DNA of 64,000 bases, from contig CAXUHG010000004.1 of NCBI GenBank assembly GCA_964250805.1, positions 25,730 to 89,729 of the forward strand. Direction: 5' to 3'. This document shows positions 36,409 through 43,284 of this stretch, one piece after another (position 1 is the first letter of the stretch; every line of letters starts with the position of its first letter). The notes under the pieces were generated by a model. That model was not told where the DNA came from. It worked only from the letters and a program-made list of their open reading frames with translations, and ran no database searches. Source of the DNA: an uncultured Ktedonobacteraceae bacterium (lineage in GTDB: Bacteria; Chloroflexota; Ktedonobacteria; Ktedonobacterales; Ktedonobacteraceae). The position numbers were made by a program, and so were the translations under genes.

Positions 36409-36542
36409 CGTAGGGACCAGATTTATCGCGTCCGTTGCTCAATTTATTGAGCGAAATCTTTGTGAACCCTCTCCCCAAGCCGTGTTAAACGTGATCTCGC
36501 GTGATAAATCACGCAACGGACGCGATAAATCTGGTCCCTACG
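36409..36542. repeat. REPIN-like element, long form (family 1 archetype)
   Basis: 26-bp perfect terminal inverted repeats CGTAGGGACCAGATTTATCGCGTCCG / CGGACGCGATAAATCTGGTCCCTACG. They flank an 82-bp interior with sub-palindromes GCTCAATTTATTGAGC and GCGTGATAAATCACGC. Confidence 0.9.
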
Positions 36543-36564
36543 AATTGAGATAGATAGAAGCATA

Positions 36565-37206
36565 TTATGCGGGTGGAGTGAGTTCGCGCATAAGTGCCCC
36601 GATCTGACGCCGTGAACCAAACACCCAGACTGTATATTCATCGGGCAAGTCCTCAACCTCGACGCCACAGTTCATCTCGGACGCAAGCTTGCGCACGATA
36701 TCAAGAAATTGTCCGCGCTCTGGCACACTACGACTTTGCGTACTCAGCGCGAGTCGTCCGAGTCGTTCGTCGGGACTCAGAACCGCGTTTATGACCGCAT
36801 TAAGTTGCTCCATGCCAAAAATGACCTGCAATGGCGGCAAATCCTTTGCCTGTACCACCACCGAAGCCTTTTTTCCACCCACACCCTCGCTATATTCCTC
36901 CTGCTCTTGCGTCAGGTCTACATAGACCGAACGCAACTGTTCGAGAACCAGCATACGCGCCTCTTCAGGTGCATCCGAGCGCGGGTGTACATAGGCCAGC
37001 AAATTATGCTCTGGATCAGAATAGATAAATGGATTTGAGGTCGCGGCACGGCGCCCACAATTGGGACAGGTAGCGACGTTGAGCATACCGGACAGAATGG
37101 TATAGCGCAATTGTGGGTCTTGCGCGGTATTGACATATTCGTAAGTGACTGCTGGAAAAGTTGTCCCACAGGGACAGGTAAATGTATGTGTATGTGAACG
37201 TGACAT
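36565..37206 (-). CDS. CpXC-domain protein
   Basis: An N-terminal CPCG ... CPNCG pair (FTCPCGTTF...VATCPNCGRRA), matching my recollection of the CpXC family; 213 aa. Confidence 0.55.
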   Translation of the reverse strand: MSRSHTHTFTCPCGTTFPAVTYEYVNTAQDPQLRYTILSGMLNVATCPNCGRRAATSNPFIYSDPEHNLLAYVHPRSDAPEEARMLVLEQLRSVYVDLTQEQEEYSEGVGGKKASVVVQAKDLPPLQVIFGMEQLNAVINAVLSPDERLGRLALSTQSRSVPERGQFLDIVRKLASEMNCGVEVEDLPDEYTVWVFGSRRQIGALMRELTPPA

Positions 37207-37296
37207 GATGACTATTTCTATGGTGCTTTCTGTAAAGAATTATGCTGCTTGCTATAATGAAAGTATATCATATAGAAACAGGAATGGCACACGAAA

Positions 37297-38565
37297 TCAT
37301 CTTCTTCGCCCCTTACTCTGTGATTTCGTGGAGAAGAGAAATTTGCCGCCCTGTCGCTCGATGAAGGCTTTGAAGTGCCCGTAGAATTCGTCGCGGTCCT
37401 GCATTGTAATCACGGAAACGGCGTCCGCTGTTTCGATAGCATAGGGATAGCCACCACCAGCGATGACCTCGGCGCGTACTGCATCCATCACCGATTCGAG
37501 TACACCATCGTCGATCATCCAGCGTGGGAATTCGAGGCGTGCGGGAGAATGCTTCGAGGTTGTTTGCAGGTAGCAAAATGCGACACTCTCTCTATACGGA
37601 CCATAACTTTGCAGAATGTCGCCACGCGCACATAGCATGGCGGGTGTGCGGTCTCCCCATTGCAATTTTCCATTCCAGAGAAGCGCATCGTGAATTTTCT
37701 TGGTGTCGCGTAGCACTGATTGAGGCTTTGTTTCGTCGAGGCGCCGTAGCATCGTGATGATGTCGCGTGCATAGCTAGTGTCGATGTAGCCAATCAGCGG
37801 AATACGTAGCCGCTCCGAGGTTTCGAGCAGGGAGACTGCCGCGTTGACGTATTGCTCGCGGTACTGATTGGGCATGGTCAAGGCGAACGAGACGACCAGC
37901 GAGCCATCGAAGAAGACAACCGGACTGTGCGCGGGGTCATCTGGTTTACGCACGCTGGCAAAGTATTCCATCTGGCTACACAACGTCTCGACCTCTAACA
38001 GATGGCGGCGCATAGTCACCATCATATCAGAGTAGGGATAGCCATCCTGATCGTCCTTCGCCGCCCCCTGCTTTCCCTCGTCGGCTATGTCTTCTGGTGC
38101 CAACACCTCCATGCGTACATCCTTCGTATACGGTCGCCCTGGTTGATGTGGATTCGCAAACAGACCAACTTGTACCAGCGCGACGGGAATTGAGGCATCG
38201 CGCCACGGCATAAGCTGGCTACCATCGACGGCAAGCGTCATCACACCCTCAATACATTCCGCCCATTGGCGCGTTTGCTCATGATTGAGAAACTCGCGTC
38301 CAAAGGGAAAGATGGGGCCGGAATACTGCTGCTGCTCCGCATTCACTAACCAGCGATCAAACTCGATGCTTGGTCTGGCACCTGCTGTTAGTGTGCCTTC
38401 TGGCGGCAAGGCTGCTTCGAGTTGCTCACTGGACATATAGTCCTGATACAGCGTTTCGAGGGCATGCTGATACAACTTGAGTTGGTCGCTAAACGTGCCG
38501 TCGTAGAGCGCGAACTGGTTGCGTTTGGCGTTGAGTGCCGCCTGAAGTTTTCCTTTATGAAGCAT
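37297..38565 (-). CDS. nurA: NurA-like nuclease (422 aa)
   Basis: The start is at the ATG at 38565, which overlaps the last 11 nt of the upstream ATPase gene. The LAVDGSQLMP (catalytic Asp region) and IPLIGYIDTSYARD segments resemble NurA domain motifs. The longer track ORF (to 38712) is rejected. Confidence 0.6.
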   Translation of the reverse strand: MLHKGKLQAALNAKRNQFALYDGTFSDQLKLYQHALETLYQDYMSSEQLEAALPPEGTLTAGARPSIEFDRWLVNAEQQQYSGPIFPFGREFLNHEQTRQWAECIEGVMTLAVDGSQLMPWRDASIPVALVQVGLFANPHQPGRPYTKDVRMEVLAPEDIADEGKQGAAKDDQDGYPYSDMMVTMRRHLLEVETLCSQMEYFASVRKPDDPAHSPVVFFDGSLVVSFALTMPNQYREQYVNAAVSLLETSERLRIPLIGYIDTSYARDIITMLRRLDETKPQSVLRDTKKIHDALLWNGKLQWGDRTPAMLCARGDILQSYGPYRESVAFCYLQTTSKHSPARLEFPRWMIDDGVLESVMDAVRAEVIAGGGYPYAIETADAVSVITMQDRDEFYGHFKAFIERQGGKFLFSTKSQSKGRRR

Positions 38566-41500
38566 AGTGAAGTAGCCGTTCCTGCTGCGCCTCTTCGTCG
38601 CTGACAATGCGTGTCTCGCCATGCTCTTTCGAGAGGCGTACAATACTATCCAACCCTTGCTCGAAGGTGTCGTCGTGACTGATGACCAGCAATTGATCGA
38701 AGCCGCGCACACGCCGTATCTGTTCCGCGAGGTTCATGCGCCGTAGCTCGTCCATATTCTGCGTCGGCTCGTCGAAGAAGGCGAGATTGAGCGTCGAGAG
38801 CTTCTTGAGCAGGGCAAGGCGAATCGAGAGTGCCGCGCTCATCTGCTCACCACCGCTCAACTGTGCGAACGTGCGGTTGGTACTTTGACGACGTAGCACA
38901 ATTTCATAATCGTTCTGCCACGAAAGTTGAGCAGTGCGGTCACCCATAATCTCGCCAAAGATACGATTGGCCTCGGCAGAGATGTCGGCGAGCATCGCCT
39001 TCAAGACAAATGGTGCCGCCTCCTTGATATAGCCTCGGAACTGTATCATCATCGCGTTCAGGTCTTCGAGCGTCTGCTGCTCCTGTTGTGCCACCTTCAA
39101 TTCTTCTAGCAACGCTTCGGCCTGAGTAATCTGTCCCACAAGCCTTTCCATATCGCGCTGGTTACGATCAATCTCACCTTTTAAGGCGGCAAGATTATTT
39201 TTCAGACGCTCGACCTCTTCATGAACCGCACTCAACTCGCGCTCATTGAAGGCAGCATCGGCATCGTGAAAGGCTTGCGACGCCACTTGTAGTTGCTCTA
39301 CCGCCTGTGACGCTTTTCGCAACTGCTGTTGATAGGCACGTTCGCGTTCTGGTAGCTGGCGAGCCACATCCTCGTTTTTAAGGTAGTTCTTGTAGCCGCT
39401 TTCACTGCTCAAACGCCTTGCCTCTTGCTGAGTAATCAAGCTATCGAGTTCGCTATATGCAGCAAGTTGTGTGTCGAGTTGCGCTACCTGTTCCTGCATT
39501 TGCGTCAGGCGTTGCTCTTCGTCGTGCAACTTTTCTGTGTACAGGCTCTCTTGCTCGACAATGTGTTGTTGTGCCTTACTACGTGAACGTGGATCGTTTA
39601 GAGCTAGTAGCTCGGTCTCGGTCTGTTTGAGCAATACATCACTTCCCTTGAGTTCAGCGAGTTGTTGGCGTAGCTCGCTCAGGTCTACGTCGCCCTTCTC
39701 AATCTGTTCCTTATACGACTGCACCTGCTCGTAGAGACCAGGAAGTTCCCGTACCTGCTTATCGGCGTCTTTGCTCTCGTCATAACTTTTGCGTGTCGCG
39801 CTTATGGTGGCATCAAGCGTTTCAAGTGCAGTCAGTTCTTGTGTCAACTCCGTGATATCGGCCTCTAATCGGTCAATCTCGTTTCCAACGGGCTGCAAAT
39901 GTTCTTTATAGCTCTCACGTCTATCAACATGCATAGCAAGTTTGCCAAGCCACTCGACATACTTCTCTATCTGTTGCTCTCGTTGTACTACGGTCTGCTT
40001 CTGTTGTAGCACGCTATCAAGTTCGGCATGCTCAGTTGTCAGCAAAGTATCAAAGTATGACTCAAGGCTCACCATACCAAGTTGCTGAATGTTCAGGCAT
40101 CTCTGATGCAAGAGAGGGCATTGTCCACCAGCGGATTGCGCTCGTGACTTGACATAGCCTTCGATGTTGCCTTCGAGTTTGTTTTGACGAGCGGTCAACT
40201 CTTCGCGTTGCGCGACCAGCACAGGTTTCTCTTCGGCATCCTGGCGATGCTCCTCAATCTTCTCGATGTTGATCTCGACCTTGCGTAGTTTCTCGGCTAT
40301 CTCATCGCGGTCACGCTGTTTGCTGCTCAGGTCGTCGCGCTTCTGTTGCACCAGTTTCTGCTTATTCTTGCGCTCACTGCTCTGCACCTGCAATTGGGAA
40401 AGCGTCTCGCTCAACTCATGTACGCGCTCAGCCAACGGTTGTAGAGGCTTGATAAGAGCGATGCGCTGCTCTCGTTCGGCCTGCTGTTGTCTGTATCCGT
40501 CAATGGTGGCACGGAGGCGCGTACCCTCCTTCATGACCGTATTGTAACGCGTCACTCTGTCTCTGAGGTCGTCGCGTCTCCGTTCGAGTTCGCTCTGCTG
40601 CTCCACCAGCGTCACAAGTTCTTCGACACGCCGTCGGGCGACAGCAACTTCCTCTAAGCGTTGTTGTAAATTTCGTTGCTCGGCCTCACTTTTGGCCTTT
40701 CGGGTCTGCACCTGCCTTTGTTGGTCAAGGAGCTTGTTGCGTTGCTGCTCATCTCTGCGTAAATTAGCGAGTGCCTGTTCCGCCTGTTGATACTGCTGAA
40801 AATTTCCAAGGCTAGCGGTAACGATATCCTGCGCGGTTTGTGCCTCTTGCAACAGCTTCTCATCGCGCCCAAGCAGAAGTTGCGCGTTCGTGTGTTCCGT
40901 TTGGCTGGTATTAAAGACTTGTTTCAACTGCTCCAATTGATACTTTTGTACGTTGAGTGCTGCTAGCCGCTCTTCGTTATCTGAACGCTGCTGTAGCCAG
41001 AGATTTTCCTGTTGCTTCTGCCGTTCGTCGCGCTGGCGTGCGGTTTCGAGAGCAGTGCGCCAAGCGTCCAGTTCGCTCGTCCGAAAGGTGAGTTCGTTAA
41101 TTTTGATGTTCTGCGCCGCCACCTGCTCTTTATAGTAGTGCTGCACCTGTAGCAAATATTCGGCGGACGTTTTGTAGTCCTCGATTTGCAGCAGGGCGTC
41201 GAAGGTCTGTTTGCGTTTGCTGGGAGTCTCAAGAAAAATAGCGGTGAATGTTCCCTGTGGCACGCCAAGCGCGTCTTTGAAGAGCGACTCTAGGGGGCGT
41301 TCGCGGTCAATGCCAAAGAGGTCGTGCAGACGATCCTGCATATCTGCCCCCTGCTCAAGACGTTCGCTAGCCTCTTCATCGGTCATGAACCAGCGTGCGC
41401 CAGAGCCACAACGCCGCTCCACGATGTAGGGACGATCATCACTCCCAATCAGATGCACAACGATACGTCCGTACTTCTCGCCCTCGCGCACAAATTGATC

Positions 41501-41665
41501 CTGCTTATAAGGAAGGTGATTGAAGAGGGCATAGCCAATGGCCTCGACCAGCGTTGTCTTACCAGCACCGTTGGCTCCACTAATTGCAGTGGTGCCACGC
41601 CTGAAATCGACCTCGACCTTCTTGTAGCTCTTGATATTCTCTAACTCGACACGTGTAATGAGCAT
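38555..41665 (-). CDS. Rad50/SbcC-like SMC-type ATPase (1036 aa)
   Basis: Walker A GANGAGKTT, Q-loop GVPQG, about 700 aa of coiled coil, signature LSGGEQ, Walker B LAFFDEPTQNMD and H-loop LLVISHDD. The mid-coil has CPLLHQRC. The start is at the ATG at 41665. Confidence 0.85.
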   Translation of the reverse strand: MLITRVELENIKSYKKVEVDFRRGTTAISGANGAGKTTLVEAIGYALFNHLPYKQDQFVREGEKYGRIVVHLIGSDDRPYIVERRCGSGARWFMTDEEASERLEQGADMQDRLHDLFGIDRERPLESLFKDALGVPQGTFTAIFLETPSKRKQTFDALLQIEDYKTSAEYLLQVQHYYKEQVAAQNIKINELTFRTSELDAWRTALETARQRDERQKQQENLWLQQRSDNEERLAALNVQKYQLEQLKQVFNTSQTEHTNAQLLLGRDEKLLQEAQTAQDIVTASLGNFQQYQQAEQALANLRRDEQQRNKLLDQQRQVQTRKAKSEAEQRNLQQRLEEVAVARRRVEELVTLVEQQSELERRRDDLRDRVTRYNTVMKEGTRLRATIDGYRQQQAEREQRIALIKPLQPLAERVHELSETLSQLQVQSSERKNKQKLVQQKRDDLSSKQRDRDEIAEKLRKVEINIEKIEEHRQDAEEKPVLVAQREELTARQNKLEGNIEGYVKSRAQSAGGQCPLLHQRCLNIQQLGMVSLESYFDTLLTTEHAELDSVLQQKQTVVQREQQIEKYVEWLGKLAMHVDRRESYKEHLQPVGNEIDRLEADITELTQELTALETLDATISATRKSYDESKDADKQVRELPGLYEQVQSYKEQIEKGDVDLSELRQQLAELKGSDVLLKQTETELLALNDPRSRSKAQQHIVEQESLYTEKLHDEEQRLTQMQEQVAQLDTQLAAYSELDSLITQQEARRLSSESGYKNYLKNEDVARQLPERERAYQQQLRKASQAVEQLQVASQAFHDADAAFNERELSAVHEEVERLKNNLAALKGEIDRNQRDMERLVGQITQAEALLEELKVAQQEQQTLEDLNAMMIQFRGYIKEAAPFVLKAMLADISAEANRIFGEIMGDRTAQLSWQNDYEIVLRRQSTNRTFAQLSGGEQMSAALSIRLALLKKLSTLNLAFFDEPTQNMDELRRMNLAEQIRRVRGFDQLLVISHDDTFEQGLDSIVRLSKEHGETRIVSDEEAQQERLLHYAS

Positions 41666-41819
41666 AGGGATTCGCCTTCCCTCTCTACGACAGCATGGCG
41701 CACTACGACAGGGCTTCATGCAAAAATAAATATATTCTCCCAGTGCGCTATTCCAAAAGTGTGTATGAAAGATGGAAATACGCATGCTGATTATAACATG
41801 AATGGGGAAAATGGCAATG

Positions 41820-42404
41820 TTATAATGAAGTGTCTATTTCTTTCCGTACAAGATGTACAAAATTCGGAGCGTGTTGTGCAAGAGTATCTAGTACTTGCGT
41901 TAGGGTTCGCGCGGGGTTATGAAGTGCTTTTGCCTGCTTTATAACGGTTTGCATCATCATCTCAGGGTTAAGGTAAAATAAGTTGACGAGAAATTTGTCA
42001 ATTGTTTGTGCCTCAATCTTATACTTCACAAGAGACTCCGGCGGAAAATCTTTTATATTCTGAGTTACTATTACCTGTGCTTCAATTACTACTGCTGCTG
42101 CCAACACATGTCTATCTTTTTCATGATTAGTCATCGCTGGTATCAAAGATTGGTAATCAGTAACAGTTGCATAAGGAAAGCTTTGCCTCATCATGTCCAC
42201 AAGGTGTTGAGCTTTATCTATAGGCATACCTTTTTCAATATGATTACGCCGAACCTCTTCTAAAATGTCATCTGAAAACTGCACTCTGTATAAACCCGCA
42301 CGCGCCGCACGCAAAAGCGTATCACGTGGTGCTGCTGGGAAAAGAACACAAGCATCCAACACAGCCTTAAATGACGACATGTGTACATATGCCTCATCTT
42401 TCAA
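41820..42404 (-). CDS. PIN-domain toxin (VapC-like, long form)
   Basis: ...AVLDACVLFPAAPRDTLL... (first acidic residue), ...HEKDRHVLAAAV... . It sits downstream of an HTH antitoxin. The start is either TTG at 42404 or ATG at 42380. Composition is AT-rich. Confidence 0.7.
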   Translation of the reverse strand: MKDEAYVHMSSFKAVLDACVLFPAAPRDTLLRAARAGLYRVQFSDDILEEVRRNHIEKGMPIDKAQHLVDMMRQSFPYATVTDYQSLIPAMTNHEKDRHVLAAAVVIEAQVIVTQNIKDFPPESLVKYKIEAQTIDKFLVNLFYLNPEMMMQTVIKQAKALHNPARTLTQVLDTLAQHAPNFVHLVRKEIDTSL

Positions 42405-42419
42405 TTATTGTCACAGAAA

Positions 42420-42860
42420 TCACTCGTCATATAGACCCAACTCTTCACTCAAACGGGTAAGCTCATCAAGTTTTCGATCTTGCTCAGCCTCGTAACGCTT
42501 TTTATATTCCATAAGCGTGCCAAAACGAATACGTCTATGTGTCCCTACTACGTTAAAGGGGATTTTCCCCTCTTCAAGCAACTTGACGAAGTATGGTCGT
42601 GACACATTCAGTATATCCGCTGCTTCTTGAGTCGTCAATTCTTTGTTGATTGGCACGACACTAATAGCACGTCCACGCATCATGTGATAGATGATTTGGC
42701 GCAACACTTGAAAAACAGAGAGCGGTAACTCTATCTCTTCTCCGTCTGGTCCAATCAAGCGAGGACGACGCTTCTCTTGCTTCAACGCATCTTCGATTTT
42801 CTTGAGTGCAGGGCGCTCACTTTCACTAGCCGTGATTGGCTCTCGTTCTATTACCGACAT
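42420..42860 (-). CDS. Excisionase-family (MerR-like HTH_17) DNA-binding antitoxin
   Basis: ...LTTQEAADILNVSRPYFVKLLEEGKIPFNVVGTHRRIRF... ; 146 aa, located upstream of the PIN gene. Confidence 0.7.
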   Translation of the reverse strand: MSVIEREPITASESERPALKKIEDALKQEKRRPRLIGPDGEEIELPLSVFQVLRQIIYHMMRGRAISVVPINKELTTQEAADILNVSRPYFVKLLEEGKIPFNVVGTHRRIRFGTLMEYKKRYEAEQDRKLDELTRLSEELGLYDE

Positions 42861-43107
42861 GTGAAACTCCTCTTTGTCTTGTTACTCTAATGTTATGTAT
42901 GCTGTGTATATCTTGTATGCTATGTATATTATGAATAATACACGACAATCGAAATAAACGCAATATCCGAAATAAACGAAACAGGAATCGTCTGGATAAC
43001 GCACCATACCCAAAATCAGTAGAGTGCAACTATTGATACTTAGAACCGTTGAGAATAGTAAGTATTATGAATGCTACTGATTCACCAAACCTGATTCGAC
43101 GATTTTT

Positions 43108-43240
43108 CGTAGGGGCCACATTTATGGCGTCCACCGCTCAATTCATTGAGCGAAATCCTTGTGAACTCCTTCTACAAGACGTATCAGGCATAATCTCGCG
43201 CGATAAATCGCACACGGACGCGATAAATCTGGTCCCTACG
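43108..43240. repeat. REPIN-like element, long form, with a degenerate left arm
   Basis: The left arm is CGTAGGGGCCACATTTATGGCGTCCA (6 changes) and the right arm is perfect: CGGACGCGATAAATCTGGTCCCTACG. The interior is collinear with the 36409 copy. Confidence 0.85.
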
Positions 43241-43284
43241 AATGATTGGTGAACGATTACATAGAAATGATGGGAGAGGTATGA

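Noticed and set aside
36379-36564. A structured region upstream of mogA as a possible Moco riboswitch
   Set aside because: The structure is the dispersed family-1 REPIN element, which recurs with the same perfect termini at unrelated loci. It is not a gene-specific leader.
36444-36668. ORF-track entries running through repeat elements (36444-36668, 43049-43252, 43138-43359, 47953-48243, the N-terminal extension of 46460-47428, and part of 35951-36553), which share RDKSGPYE- or INQTPT-like peptides
   Set aside because: The shared peptides are simply translations of the dispersed repeats. There is no SD or start context, and the reading frames change between copies.
40090-40130. CPLLHQRC at the coiled-coil apex of the Rad50-like protein as a canonical zinc hook
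   Set aside because: The spacing is C-x6-C, not the CxxC of Rad50/SbcC hooks. I cannot tell from sequence alone whether it binds zinc, so I mention it as an oddity inside the Rad50-NurA finding rather than as a feature.
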